Source of the DNA: Octopus sinensis
Taxonomy: Eukaryota
Reading direction: 5' to 3'
NCBI RefSeq assembly: GCF_006345805.1
Contig: NC_042999.1
Coordinates: forward strand, 28,644,001-28,708,000
DNA length: 64,000 nt
The position numbers and the translations under genes are program-made. Positions 1 through 14,444 of this stretch are shown here, piece after piece (within the stretch, counting starts at the first letter, position 1; every line of letters starts with the position of its first letter). The notes under the pieces were generated by a model. That model searched no databases, was not told where the DNA came from, and was given only the letters and a program-made list of their open reading frames with translations.

Positions 1-390
1 CACCGACAAGCATCAATGTGGCCTTCTCTCAACTCACACAAAGGACAAGTTTTTCTGGTTTCTCTCAATATATGGTAAGTGCCTCGCTGAGCTGATGAAT
101 CCAGTTACTGAACAGGATTATATCGATGACTCCGGCCAGATCATCTTACCAGAGTCTTACTCTCATACCATGTAGCACGGGGTCCTGTGGCAGGCTCCGC
201 CCCAATTGGCTCGAAGTTTTAAGATGTTTAGAAGCTCGATGTCACCTTAGATGAATCTGAGGGGGCGGGCAATGGACTACCAACGATAGAAAGCACTGGT
301 GGTCACTTTCGGCCCTATGCCCAAGCGACGCCTCTGGGACCACTAGTTTGAGATGATCCAGCTTCATCAAGCATAAGCATGAAGCAAGTA
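1..390 (+). mobile_element. RTE-clade LINE 3' end, degenerate
   Basis: Frameshifted translation GRLRPNWLEVL...DVTLDES...AMDYQR*KALV resembles the RTE ORF2 C-terminal motif RGRP..W...DL......A.DR..W..LV; followed by a short (AAGC/AAGT)-like tail. Confidence 0.55.
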
Positions 391-1901
391 ATTAAAATTC
401 TACTCTACTTAAAATATTGCAGTCGAGAATAACATTCTTAAAAATTACTATAGTTTATTAAAACAAAACTTATAAAACACATTAATGGGGTCGCCCCACC
501 TAAAGCAAACCAACAGATTTTAAGCCTATGGACTTTTCTTCAGATACATTTCATGTATAGCCCTAGTAAATTTTACTATTTTCAGAAAAAAATATTTAGA
601 AATACAGTAGAATTCACCATAATTACTATGAGAAAATTGAAAGTAGCAAATTAGGTGAAGTAACGAATAAGCCAAAAACGCACTACACTAATTCTGCTGC
701 ATTAATACTCACTTATGAATTTTACTTATTTTCCAGATTTTTTTTTCTTTTGTAAATCGGGAAGAACTGACTGAGCATATGTTTGATTTGAAACAATTTA
801 ATGATCATTCTACTGGAATGTTTTGTTTGTTTTTTTTGCAATGGGATTACAATTGAAGTGAAAAAAAATCTTTGTGATATTATTTACAACTTCATATTAT
901 ATTGTTTGTACTTGAAACATCTAAATAAAATCACTATTTTAATAGTATATTTCAGAAGACATGATTAAATTTTTTTTTTACTTAAATTTACTTTTGATTA
1001 TTTTTGTACCATGTTTTTAAAGATATACTTGTTTCTCAGATTCATATAATGAATAACATAAATTATCTCAAATTTACCTAATATAATGTATATTAATTTT
1101 TAAAATGTCATTCTCAGCTGCAATATTTTAAGTACAGCTGAATTTAAACTCTAAGTACTTCTTAGTTCCCTTTAGAGCAGACTAATTAGGCAAATTCAAC
1201 TGTAAGAATATTTTTCTGTACTTTTCTAGGTGTAATAACTTAAGAATACCAACATGCATGCGACCTCATTTTTCTAATGTAATCCAGTTTTTTCAGGCAA
1301 TGCAATAAAACTAATAAATTTTATGTTGTATTTCTTTAAGTTTCACATTTTGTTAAATTCTAAAGAGAATAAATACGTTGCCTGAACTGGTTTTTGTTGC
1401 ATGGGCTAATATAAAAATGATCTAAAAATGCAAAAAATAGCCAATGCATCCCGCATAAGGTAGGATGTGCTACCTGCTCTTATTAGGGCAAAGTTTGTCA
1501 GTCGAAATTCATGCAAAATAAAAGTAAAACCTGCAATTCAGCCACTGTTCTTGTCAACATAATTGAAAAGGAAAACTCTGAATCCTGCTACTCTGAAATA
1601 CAAACTCGCAATCTGAAAGGATACCCTAAGAAATAATAATCGAAATTCTGCTACTCTTAGTATTGAATGAATATTTAAAAGCAAACAAAAACTTATTAAA
1701 ACTTAAGGAGTTCTTACTTTGGTCGTCGTAATGCTTGGATGTCGCTTGTTTAATAAAAATTCCTCCTCGCTTAATGATTTTACTTTCATTTCGTGCAGAA
1801 AATACCAACATCTAAATGCTCATTTTTGATTTCATGAAAATGATAAAAATTTAAATCACACTAGCATTTTTCTGCAATAAGCATGTACGTATTTATGTAC
1901 G

Positions 1902-1904
<3 letters not shown>

Positions 1905-1953
<49 letters not shown>

Positions 1954-1984
1954 CGTGCGCGTGTGTGTTTGTGTATGTATGTAT

Positions 1985-2017
<33 letters not shown>

Positions 2018-2035
2018 ATTATATATATATGTGTG
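1905..2035. repeat. Compound (TA)n/(TG)n microsatellite
   Basis: Directly visible; source of the spurious YIYI ORFs at 1856-2128. Confidence 0.95.
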
Positions 2036-4099
2036 TCTTTTATAGGATGGATAGCAGAAAAGTGTCCACTTGTCATCTATTGCTCTCAACTTACACCTTC
2101 TCTTGTTAAAACTACGTATTCGTGACACTCACCATTGTTTCCTTTCATGGGCGTTTTAAAAGTTACTTATGTGAATGTGCATCTGTGTGTGTGCCTATTG
2201 TGTGAATGCGTGTGTTTATAAAAGTATATATTCAGCGACGTGTGTGTATCCCTGAGGTCGATTTCAGGCATTATTCTCCCCTTTTTGACCTCATATATTT
2301 GAAATCTCAACTCTTGTTTCTATTGAACCAAATTTTAAATTTTGTAGCTCAACATCTAGCTTAGGAGGTGATCAATTTAAAAACGTATAAAAGAAACTGA
2401 ATTAGTGACAAAGCGGAGAAGCGGTCACGTGTGGGTAAGTGTTGACCTTAAGAATATTATTCACATACGATAGTGTGTGAATAATGCATAGAAAAAGAGT
2501 GGGAGCTACAGAAGGGTTAAATTAATGTGTATGTCGGTGGGCGTATAAGGGAAAGTCGGGTGTATATTCGATGACTAGGCAGCTGAAAGAAATAGAATAG
2601 GTTACAGCTATTGCCATATAGTTGATGGAGAAAAAAAGCAGAAGCTAAATTTAAAATATTAATAAATAATAAATTGAGATAAAATAGTTTGGAGGTTTAG
2701 ATGTCGTCATATGTATAAAATCGAATTATGAAGCGATATTGACGATGAATAAATATTAGTAAATACATTTTGTTTGTCTGCTTTAATAAACATGTTTTCT
2801 GATGTTTCTGATAGGTTCAGGGTATGTTGAAGAATAAATAAAAAACATGAAGTAATCAACCACACGCATAAGAAATCACTAACCTACAACTTCACTAAAT
2901 ACTACCATGAAACAAATTAATAAATTAATTATAAAATTTTGAATTTGCCATTTATCGGCCTATGCTCTTTGGCCACCTATATTATTGCTGCTATTATTCA
3001 TCTTACTAATGATAACAATTAATAGTAATATCTATAAGAATATCTTCGAATATTTATTCATTACGTAATTATGCAAACACACACGCGCGTGAGCTCACAC
3101 ACAGCATATATATATATATATATAATAAAATGTCTTTAAGTAATTCACAGTAATGTTCAGAAAATAATGGTCAAAATTATGCCAATAAATATATCTTTAA
3201 GAAGATAAGTATGATTGGGTTAAGGATGGAATCAGTGAGGATCGATGCTGAAGTTTGGAAAGATTGCAGGTATAGCTCTAATGGAAATGTTAGATTGATT
3301 CAAAGTGGAAATTAGCTTCTACCTTCAGACAGAAAAGATTTTTGTTGTAGCAGGGGAGAAATAAAAAACCAAGGTCTTTGTAGAGAGAGAGAATTAAATA
3401 ATGTGTGGTGATTATAAAAGATTTTTCTAACTGAACATATAGTCTTCCTATGGATCTTATCAAGGACAGTGGTGTATGCAGAATAACCCACTTTGGATCT
3501 CAGTTTTAAGCCCTCCCACTCTTTGCAGGAATCAGCAATATGTCAGAAAGGAATTACTTTCTAACCCAGATGGTTAGTATAATTTACTTTTTGTATCCTC
3601 TTAGATATAAAAAAAAATCCTTTTAATAAGGTAATAAAATGTGCAGAGATATCAATGTGAAATAATATTGTTTTCAAGAAAATATAAACGTTTGTGCAAA
3701 GTGCAGAGATATTTTGAGAAGATAAATGATTGAGAAATACGAAATTATAAACAGTACGTGGTTCAGTAATGTGTGCTCCAAATCAAGAACCGACGGTGAA
3801 GAAAACAAACAAGAGTAAGAATATAAACTATGTCGTATTGAATCTCCTTGATATTTTATGCTGGAAATTTATACTTACGATACTTAGGAGTTAACCATAT
3901 TGAGCAACACGCATTTTATTATAAACATAGCGTGAACATATAAATGGTGTGCGTGTAACAGTTCAAATTCAAGGGAATTATACACCGGTTCAGGAGACAA
4001 ATAATATAATAATTGTAGGCTGACCGAAATACAATATAGAATATATAGAGAATGAAATCACCGAGACTATTTGCAAGTCTAAATGAAATGTGGTATAAC

Positions 4100-4240
4100 A
4101 ATACAAAGAATCATTAAAACATATTATCAGAAATATCACTGAAGCTCTTGAACAATTAAATGTTTTCCCTAAGTATTTCATATAATATTTAATTGCTTTT
4201 GAAGTACGAAATTTATTACAGGATATTATATTTTTATAGA
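4100..4240 (+). mobile_element. Possible highly decayed Penelope-like RT fragment
   Basis: KHIIRNITEALEQLNVFPKYFI*YLIAFEVRNLLQDI resembles the PLE RT segment HIKNS.E....L......LVSFDV.NLFT.I (motif A); no other motif recognised. Confidence 0.3.
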
Positions 4241-6569
4241 AGATAGAAAGAGGGAAATATTTTGAAAAGATATGAATCTATACAAATGATAGAAATTCAT
4301 TAAATACCTATGAATAAAACAGTAATTTGATTAAAAGACATGACTATATAAGAAAAAATGTCAAAAGCAAAGAAAACAATGTTGCGCTAAAATATTATTA
4401 TTTATCTTTCATAAGAAAAGATTCAGAAGGGACATTAAACGTATTCGCTTACACCGTGTTAACAATATTTTTTAGAAATAAAAGAGATACGCTGAATTAA
4501 TATAAAAAGAAGCAAAAGCATCAACATATCCAGGCATTATAAGAAAGAAATAATAGAAAATGCGAAAAGATTTCGAATAAGAATCTCGAGTTTCTATGTA
4601 GATGGTTATTATTTCAGGATTTAATAGGAAAAAAGTTTGAAATAATACCCAGATATTAGATTAATAACTTTCGTCTCCACAAGGTCTAGAATCTTATTAG
4701 AAGATATTCCATACAATAAACATCGGGAAAAGGATTGACTTTCAGGCGGGAAAGCTGAGGAGCTTTTTACTTCTTATATTTTAGTAAATAACCACTCTTT
4801 AATTTCTTAATATTCGTAGCTGATCTGATGCCGCCAAATTCCCCAAGTTCGGTTCAATAATATGTGGAGATAAAACTAGATATAATAATAAATCTAACTA
4901 GCAGTGAAGTTTATTAAGAAATTCAGTTCAGAATCAGAATATTATCAACCAAATTATTTTAACTAATGAATAAGAAATGAAGCAACTTAAATAGTAAAAT
5001 CATATTTATTCAGTGATACCTAAAAGCAAGTGAAATATTTTATACGATTTTGAGATACGCATTGATTATTTAGATAAAATAATTCATTACGTTTATGTGT
5101 GTGTGTATACAATACTTACAGTGCACCGATTTTAAATAAGATTTCCTCTTGCAAAAATATGCTTCAGATACAATTATGGACATACAATATATCATATTAC
5201 TCCTAGGATTTATGAGGTATCATTTCTAAAACTTAATGATATCTGTTTTCCTTCAGAGAGTAGTGCTGCGTTCATTGCTGCGTACAATCTCATGTACTCT
5301 TAAAACACAAGCATCACAAGTCGTTGCTGAAGACGGTAATGCAAGAAAACTATCATTGTATTAACACCAGCTCACATTAACTGACGGGCTCTGCACTTGA
5401 TCTATTCCAGTTGTGAGAAAGGAAAATTAATGTTGTAAAGCATAATTAATGTTGTACAGCAATTTATATCCATCACCAATTTTTCAACATGTAAATATGA
5501 CTGTATTACTGAATAGAACATGGTGCGTAGAAATGTTCAAAAGCCACACATAAAGCATTGAAATATATATGTATTTGTTTCCTCCGTGTATTGTGTTATG
5601 TCGTCGAAGAGATTACAATACTCGTGTTACCTACCAATGAATCAACAGGGAACTATAGCCCAGTCAATCTACCCGTTAGAAGTGGTCAAATATCCATGAA
5701 GTCACAATTTGCTGACTGAGTATATTATTCAATTTGTGTATTGGATAATATAATGCTTGAGGGGAAAACAGATGAAATGATAATGATTTAATTGTCCTAG
5801 TAACTGCAATTTCTTCCACAAAATCCGGTCATATTCTCAAATATTCAATAAATAATTGACTAATAATGCTTTTCCTATTAAGCATCCCATATGCTGATGT
5901 AGTGTTACGATAATACAATAATAATCTGGAATGAGTAACTATTTTCACATTTCTAATGCGGGTTCAACTATGGCATAAATCTACCATTGAGTAGTCACGT
6001 ATATCGAACATTCTAACATGTCTAATAAATAAAGTCAACATATATTCTCCTTTAGTTCCCGATATGAAGATGTTTCCCCTATTCCTTTTTAATACGTTCG
6101 GAAATGAAAGACACGAAGCCGAAACTGCAAATAATCTGCAACGACGTCATAGATCTATCGCGTACACACATACAAAGATGGTGCTATGTACATTTATCGG
6201 AAATATTTTCTAATTGTATAGAAACACTACGATACATATATAAGGATCCAAGTTTTTATGATTTTATTGCTATAGATAACATTCTTCTATGAAATCACTT
6301 TCAAATCCAAACAGAATAGGTTAACTGTAATAATTCCCTCATATTAGGTTGTTTCGAAAATAATGGCCGCTTTCAGAAACCTAATTTTATTCTGGAAAAA
6401 TTAACAATAGAAATGTTTTGATTAGTCAAAGTATGAGCATTGAACATCTATTCATCTCTGCTATCGATCAACGAGATTACTTATGCCTCGTTGATAAAAA
6501 CTTATTGGCTTTGATGCTAAGAAATCTTTGAAAGCTGATTCCACCTCTGGTTTGGACCTGAAAGTTTTA

Positions 6570-7430
6570 TCACTTAAAAACGTGTTTTTGAATGCTTAAA
6601 AGATGATAGTAAGAGAGTGAAAGATCAGGATAATATGGAGGATGTGGTAAAGTCACGTATCCCAAGTCTGTGAGTTTCTGCAGAGTTATTCTTACGACAT
6701 ATGGCTTTGCATTATCGTCGAGCAGAGTTGGTCCGCGGCGATTCACCAATGCAGGTCTGAGTTTTTGCAAGTGAGCTTGCATTACAGCGTGTTGATTGCA
6801 GTAAACCTCTGCTGTAATGCTCGTATTGGATTCCAGAAAGCTCAAATGGACAACACCAATTGCAGACCACCAGGCATTTACCATAATCTTTTGCTGATGC
6901 AACTTTGGCTTTGGGAAATGTTTGTTGGACTCAACACGATCAAGTCATAGATCAGAGAGTTTACGGTTATCATAAAAGGTCCGCTTTTCATCACAAGTGA
7001 CTATTCGGTCAAAAAAGTATCATTGGTGTTTCGCAAAATGAGCATCGGGGACACTTCAAAACATCAAAGATTTTGATTTTCATTGAGCTCATGCGGTGCT
7101 CATTTATCGAGCTTTTTCACCTTACCAATCTTCTGCAGACTGCGTGAGACCGTTGCAATACCGACACCAAGTGCCTGAGCTGAGACATTTCTCTGATACT
7201 TTGTTCAACAAATGCTTTCAATTGCTTAATGTCATGACTGAATGATCGTCATCTACCTTCTTTATCTACAAAGCCCTCATCACCACCATGGTAATTCTGA
7301 AAGCACCTTCGTACTGTACGATGACTTGTGGACCGACCCTTCTCCGCGTGCTCTGCTGATATTGGCAACAGTTTTGGGGGGTATTGTACCTAAGCTTGAA
7401 CTCATGCAAGGAAAATAAGGGATGGTCCTT
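6570..7430 (-). pseudogene. Mariner transposase pseudogene (D,D34D family)
   Basis: ORF 6570-6902 reads KIMVNAWWSAIGVVH...LVNRRGPTLLDDNAKPY...LPHPPYYPDLSLSYYHL (degenerate HDNA and YSPDLAP motifs); upstream portion is broken by stops and frameshifts. Confidence 0.9.
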
Positions 7431-7529
7431 TTTTGTCATGATCATTATGAAGGGCGCCTGTGCTTCAAGAATGTTTTCTGTCTGAAATAAGTAGAAAATT
7501 ATTAAAGAATATACATCAATTATTAAGTA

Positions 7530-7906
7530 CTAGCAGTATCGCCCGGCGTTGCTCGGGTTTGTAAGGGAAATAACTGTATAAGCATTTTTAGAGAGTTATA
7601 GCCAAAGAATAGCAAAAAAATGCATTAAAAATGGGAAAAAAATGATGGTAATTTTTTTTAAATCGTTGACTCATCGTAGACATTTTAGAGAGTTACTTCC
7701 CTTATATAATAGCGAAAATGCATTAAAATGGAAAAAAATGATGGTAAATTTTTTTTTTTAATCTAGACTCATCGTAGACGTGTGCTAATACCCAGAAGGG
7801 CTCGATATGAATCACGACTATAAGATACTGCACCGCAAAATGTGGGAGTAGTTAGGAATCTAAATCGTAGGAGACAGACACACAACTCCACTTTTATATA
7901 TAAAGA
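7530..7906 (-). mobile_element. Non-autonomous Helitron inserted in the mariner
   Basis: Minus strand starts 5'-TC(TTTATATATAAAAG) and ends with hairpin CCCGAGCAACGCCGGG then CTAG-3'; inserted between A and T with no TSD; contains an internal ~115-bp tandem duplication. Confidence 0.85.
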
Positions 7907-9149
7907 TGTCGAATTTCACTTAAAATATAATGAAAATACTTTGATAAAATTGCGTTTTAAAAAAACGACACTTAGAGCGGCCAGTATTTTTGGAACGATC
8001 TATTAGTATCACAAATGTTATAAATCGTTGTAAGGATATATCTGCCTAATAGTAATAGCCACTGCTTGGCCAAGGCACTCTATTTCATAGGATTAGTACT
8101 GATGATTGAAAATTATCACAACCAGTAATCTCCGACACACTATATTGAGTACGTCGTCTTTTATTGTCACTTTAACTTTCGCACTTAGCAAGAAAGCCTG
8201 ACCAGTGACGAAATTATTCATCAGCATTTTTCAAGAGAATTCACGATTTTGATCGACTTAAATTTTTAAGTACGCACTTGCATGAGATGTCCTGGAGTGG
8301 AATCGAACGACCCTTAATTGGTTGAGAAATAAAGTTTTTTACCACATGCACACACCTGAAATGCATATAATGTAGATTGTACAAATCAGTTGACTGCAGT
8401 TTTAGCTAATGAATTTAATGAGATTAAAGAGACAGAGACAGATTCTGGTTATTTCGTTTATTATTTTATAGTTTGTTACAACATTCAATACGGCAATAAT
8501 TTTAATGTCTAATTAGTTAATTAGTTTCATTATCTCTCATGAATGCTGTCGTCTAATTTTTTCATAATGCATCATATAATTATGATGGTATGTTTTCGAG
8601 CTGAAGACAACATAGCGAAAAGTAAAAAAGAAAAAGAAAAAGATCATAAAAATACTGACGACAACTTTTTCCCCGGAATGACCTCATAATTAGTTAGAAT
8701 TAATAGAAAACAGCCGTAGAAATATACTCTAATGATATTAAGTAGTAGGAAAGAAAAATATCTAATAACATGGTTGAAATTTAAACATGGGGATATTTTC
8801 GAACTAAATTCTGCATTGCAGATATATAGAACTACCAAATTTGGGGGTGAAAAACTATTAAATAAACGCCTGACATATATATATGTGGAATGTTTACCTC
8901 GAAAAATGTTCCGGAATATTTTTTTCAATAACTCAAAACAAAATTGCTTTCGCTGGAGCATTTGCTGAACAAATAGAATGACACTAAATTAGTAAAAAGG
9001 CAAAATAATTTTTATGCTGTCACTTTCAATAGAGCTGCGAAACAGAGAGAGAGAGAGAGGGGGGGAGAAAGAAAGAGAGAAACAGAGTGAGAAAGAGATG
9101 GAATGTACGCATGCATCTGCGAAAAGCGTGTGAATACAAGACGAGATAA

Positions 9150-9366
9150 TATTGGTTTAAAATTTTGGCACATGAGCAGCTATTACGATAAATGGGGGTA
9201 AGTCAATAACATCAACTCTAGTACTCAATTCGTACATATTACATATACTTCAAATGGATAAAGGTAAATCTACCCTGGTGGCATGTCAACTCAGAACGTA
9301 AGAGGCGGACGAAATGCCATTAAATATTTGTCCGGCGCGGTAACGAATCTACCAGTTCGGCTCCTT
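9150..9366 (-). mobile_element. SINE family B copy (degenerate)
   Basis: Reverse complement carries ttacgttctgagttgac and the shared body seen at 14445-14662, 17119, 20555 and 36538. Confidence 0.6.
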
Positions 9367-10027
9367 GTAGAAAGATACGATTAATGAATTTAACTGTTGA
9401 GTATGAATTACTTCATCTAGCCTCATGTATACTACATTATACTATTACATGGCGAAACGGACAGGTAGTCTAACAGAAATGCTAACTTCGGCAGAGTTAG
9501 AAAGTAATAAATCGCAAAGAATAACCTAAGCCATTTAGTCAAGACGCTGTAAATATTCAGCCACGATCGTACATACAACCTACAATTTTACAAAATATCT
9601 ATTATTCTTTCTACACACCAATATCAATGCTGTCTCGGGCGCCTTCATTTGTTTAAAGCCAAGTTGATAAATAATTCATGGGACCTTCAAGTTGAGGGTA
9701 TTACTTAATACCTCAATTGGAAACTTTTAGCCTCAGCACCTGAGTATGGTTTAAAGAATAGGAAATGTTTGCTGTGTATAAGTGAAATCCTATTTATATT
9801 AAAGGCCAATTTTCCTCTTCGTAAAACTGAAAATGAAAGAAATGGGTTCTGCCTTCATAAGCCTACACACACTTTCTCTAAAGGGTATTAATAATAATTG
9901 TTATTAATGCTAGTGCCTCCTTTGCTAATAACATCATTTACTTCCTAATCTGAGCACTATATATTAATTTACATCCTTTTCTAACATATGTGTAAGACAA
10001 CATTCTCTATATAGCCTATATATTATC

Positions 10028-10032
<5 letters not shown>

Positions 10033-10107
<75 letters not shown>
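10033..10107. repeat. (TA)n microsatellite
   Basis: Directly visible. Confidence 0.95.
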
Positions 10108-10109
<2 letters not shown>

Positions 10110-11685
10110 CACCAGTTTTTCCTTGCATTTACTTTTAAGCACTTATTATTAAGAATTTATCCGTGTGTCTTGATCCATATACCTTTAAGTATTTGTATAT
10201 CTAGATGTATTCAAATACCTCTTATGGCAATATGCCTTATATTTCTATCCCTTTATCTCCACCTTGGCCAGAATAACTCGCATTGTAATTGTAATTAATA
10301 CTATAACCTTATACAATTATAATATCACATAAATTTCATTATCTTCAGTAAGCTCTACCTCCATCCTAACATGAATACCTTCTATTTCTCTTTATAACTG
10401 AGAATATCCTCAACCTCATTTAGAGTGTCTAAATATCTCTGTACCCCAACATTGAAGCGCAATACACAATTATCCTCTTTCAACTGCAGTCTATAAGTCT
10501 GAAAATATTTTCATTCATTCATTTATTTTCACCTTTGCTCTTATATTTCGGACAATTACTTGTAAATTGGAAATTATAACTTAGATCTATCCATAACGGA
10601 ATAACATTTCCTAAATCTTACTTTAGTGCATAATTTCTCTCTACATTCTAATACGATAATGTAATAATCGCCTACCTTCCTCCACTAGAGTCAAGCTGAG
10701 TTTTTTTCCCTAATTGCTTCAACTTTTTTTTTCTCTCGTTCAGATAATTACTTGTAAATTTTATATATATATCACAGATATATTCATAAAAATACAATAT
10801 CAATAACCATAAGTAATATTCATCGCCCATTCATTACATACTTCCTTAAATACTTTTATTTTTTGTTTTTATCTTGTCTTGTATTTTATCGATAGACTTA
10901 ACGGACCTGAACAACGCCATAGTTTTAAAATATTAACAGACCAATGAAGTCGTAGGACTAACTTTGGCCTCACCCTACTCATCATAGGGGTATTACGATG
11001 AGGTGTTTGTTTATAAGTAACAAGTGATAAGATCGCACTAAGGTTTTACCCCGATTATTCTTTCATTGATATACTTATGTATTCATTTCCCTAAACAAGT
11101 TCACATTAAGTTAACTTTGTTAATTTCTTTTATGATATTTATTAAATAACAGTTAGCCTCTGACTTTTGACCCCTGTGATATGGAACATCCCAATAAACT
11201 CACTCCTCAAAGTCTTACTCTCGCTATTTCCCCCAGTAAAATTGAAATATGATGTGACTTTCATAACCTGTGGAAATTACTCCTGGAAGTGACTTTCTTT
11301 ACCATAAAAGATAATCCCATGGCTTATGGATATCACCTTGGAATTGACGTTTTCACCATTCCTTAATATTTCTATTATGATATTATTTTGTTCTATATCA
11401 TTTTAGCCTACCTTCTTACAGGTTAGATTATAACATTATGGTCTCTCTGATGAAGTTTGGGGCTCAAGCATTGTCCACTATTTGTTCAATATTTGTTCAA
11501 CATTTGTACAATCCCTGTATATTACTGGCGTCATGTGGAAAACCTGGCAGATTGGGCAACGCCATAGTATGAACAGCTGTAAGAGTTTAACATTTGTTTA
11601 CTCATTTATTCTTATTCGTTTAATTATTTTTATTTATTTCTTATTTATTTATTTGCTTATTTCATTTGTTTATTTTGATTACTTA
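10108..11685 (+). mobile_element. Probable decayed non-coding PLE/pLTR-like element ending in a HHR-like motif and T-rich tail
   Basis: Starts at a (TA)n run, pyrimidine-skewed, has a HHR-like motif at 11443-11585 followed by a (TTTA)n tail; same layout as the other HHR elements here. Confidence 0.35.
11443..11585 (+). ncRNA. Degenerate type I hammerhead ribozyme motif
   Basis: ctct-CTGATGA (11447-11453) ... GAA-CAGCTG-TA-agag (11571-11585): stem I ctct/agag and palindromic stem III CAGCTG, but GAAA lacks one A and the stem II region is ~117 nt. Confidence 0.45.
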
Positions 11686-11692
11686 TACATAT

Positions 11693-12086
11693 GGTAAGTG
11701 TGGTAAGTAGCTTGCTAACCAACCACATGGTTCCGGGTTCAGCCCCACTGCGTGGCATCTTGGGCAAGTGTCTTCTACTATAGCCCCGGGCCGACCAATG
11801 CGTAGTGAGTGGATTTGGTAGACGGAAACTGAAAGAAGCCTGTCGTATATATGTATATATATATGTATGTTTGTGTGTTTGTGTGTCTGTGTTTGTACCA
11901 CTAGCATTGCTTGACAACTGATGCTGGTGTGTTTACGTCCCCGTCATTTAGCGGTTCAGCAAAAGAGACCGATAGAATAAGTACTGGGCTTACAAAGAAT
12001 AAGTCCCGGGGTCGATTTGCTCGACTAAAGCGGTGCTCCAGCATGGCCGCAGTCAAATGACTGAAACAAATAAAAGAGTAAAAGAG
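11693..12086 (+). mobile_element. tRNA-derived SINE family A
   Basis: Pol III A/B-box-like head (gtggtaag...ggttcagcccc), body cttgggcaagtgtcttctactatagcc, internal (TA/TG)n and tail gtcaaatgactgaaac...aaaagag; matches 12826 and 41325. Confidence 0.9.
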
Positions 12087-12825
12087 ATATGATTATAATC
12101 AATTAATAAATAGATATAAATGAATGTTTATAGGCTAATGTTTTTTGATTGATTATCCTCTCCATTTTCTTATTAGACTTATAAATTCCGGGTAAATTTC
12201 TGTTTTACCCCCACTCATACTTAGTATTCAATTGCAATACTGCCCTGCAATAGTAAGCACTTGGATATTAATGCGTAGGTATACACCCAGTAGTATATTG
12301 GATATTTATTATCCCATAGATGGTTACTTAACCTCTACCTCATACGAACACACACACACGCACACATATATGTATATATATATATATCTATATGTATATT
12401 TATGTATGATCGTCTGAGTCATTACTGCAGAGTAATACACTATGCACAATCTGAAGTAAATGTTCTGTATTTCTTCCGTGTGTTTGCAGTCTGGCACGAA
12501 CGTCAACTACTGCATTGTTGTCAACATCTATCGGCCGTGTTTTTCTATTGGACATTTTCGGTAGCGTGCGAAATGGAGATTAGTACATGTGGGTAACTGT
12601 CTGTCTTCATGAAAATAAGCCATACCCACGGCTTCACCCTGAAGAGATGATTGCAAAATGCAAATCGACAATCATCAGCTCCTCGAAGACTTTCAATAAG
12701 CAGTTGTCATTTATCCTTCTCTGTTTTTATATGCAAGGTACCCGATTTTTCCGTCAGACGTTCTCTCACTAATTATATTTCATATTTTACGGCATTCAGA
12801 AGGTAATTTTATGTATTGTTCTACG

Positions 12826-13225
12826 TAGGCGTAGGAGTGGTTGTGTGGTAAGTAGTTTGCTTATGAACCACATGGTTCCGGGTTCAGTCCCATTGCGTGG
12901 CACGTTGGACAAGTGTCTTCTGCTATGGCCTTGGGCCGACTAAAGTCTTGTGAGTGGATTTGGTATACGGAAACTGAAAGAATCTCGTCGTATATATATA
13001 TATATATATAAATATATATATGTTTGTGTGTCTGTGTTTGTCCCCCCTCCATCATCGCTTGACAGCCAATGGTGGTGTGCTTACATCCCCGTAACTTAGC
13101 GGTTTGGCAAGAGAGACCAATAGAATAAGTACTAGGCTTACAACGAATAAGTCCTGGGGTCGATTTAGTCGACTAAAGGCGGTGCTCCAGTCAAATGACT
13201 GAAAAATGTAAAAGAGTAAAAGAGA
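12826..13225 (+). mobile_element. tRNA-derived SINE family A
   Basis: Full head ggcgtaggagtggttgtgtggtaag...ggttcagtccc and the same body and tail as 11693. Confidence 0.9.
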
Positions 13226-14444
13226 ACAGAAATATTAAATAGCAATCTTATATCACATCACAAATGTAATGAAAATCTATTTCTTGCAATATGTCTCTCC
13301 TCCAAAACATCTATAGTACTGAGTACAACATTCTTGGCAATATAATTTCATGAGTGACTTCAATTCAATTTCGTGATTTTAATTCATTATTATTTGTGAA
13401 ATTTAAATAGTTCAAACCATATTTGAAACTAACACCAGAATAGTATAATCAGCAACCTACTATATACAAAAGTCTGAATACGCCACTTGAAAACTTACTG
13501 CATTTGAGGACAATGCATATGTTATGTCATGTAAAATTATTAAAAGTTACGAAGGCGTACGCGCACGCACACACATGCACACACATATATGTATCTATGC
13601 ATGTAAGTCTGCATAGATAATTTTTCTTTAAAAATTAACAAACATATTTCAATATTTGCCTTTAGAATAAAATATTAAATCATATTTGCACTGAGAAAAT
13701 CAAAGAAAACTGAAACTGCTTTCTCAGTATATAGAGATATTATTTTGTTCAATTTATCTGCAAAGAACATGAACGAATATAACAAACCTGCTAACTTCCT
13801 CAATGGAAATACTTTTAAATTATTTAGAATAATGTAAATGTTTTTATATATCGAGTCGGTATAATTGTCAATGCAGCTTAAACCAGTTTAACTGACAATG
13901 CATGTCTGAAATGTCCACAATTATATCTACGTACCTAATTCCTTCTTTTTTTCTTTTTCCGTTTCACCAATGTCTCTATTCACTATACGACTTTTAGTAC
14001 ATAAAACTACACCCATCATCATTAAATTTAGTTCATTAAATGTAGTTTCACTTTGTCACTCACGGAAGTTCTTTATCGACACCTTTCCCATATGCGCATA
14101 TATTGTTACAAATATCATTATCTTTCAAAAGCTAAAACATTTCTAAAATTCATTTATTTCTTAGTAAGAAAACCACAGAATTTATCAATGCTCTTGACAA
14201 ACAAAACAAAAAGGAACTGAAAATTGAAAACCTGATATTAAATAGAGAAAACAATAAAATCGAATATGTTATAATCATTGATGGAAAATTTGACAATGCG
14301 CATATCATGAGAAACCAGAAATTGCATTGATTTCCTAACAAAATAATTTTGATAAAATTATTATATTCCTTGTACGTTATTCAATCACATACACCGCTTC
14401 TTTTAGATATAAGGCATTATTCATACGTTATAAAGACAAATATT

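Larger units (their letters stand above)
6344..8003 (-). mobile_element. Full-length but decayed mariner DNA transposon interrupted by a Helitron
   Basis: Imperfect TIRs ttaggttgtttcgaaaataatggccgc (from 6344) and gcggccagtatttttggaacgatctat (to 8003), with TA on both sides. Length minus the 377-bp insert is 1283 bp, typical mariner size. Confidence 0.9.

Noticed and set aside
10935-10972. ccaatgaa-gtc-gtag-gac-taac HHR-like pattern
   Set aside because: Needs several core substitutions; not distinguishable from chance.
12635-12690. CTGAAGA followed by a hairpin
   Set aside because: GAAA is replaced by GACA and there is no stem I partner or NUH triplet; at best a dead relic.
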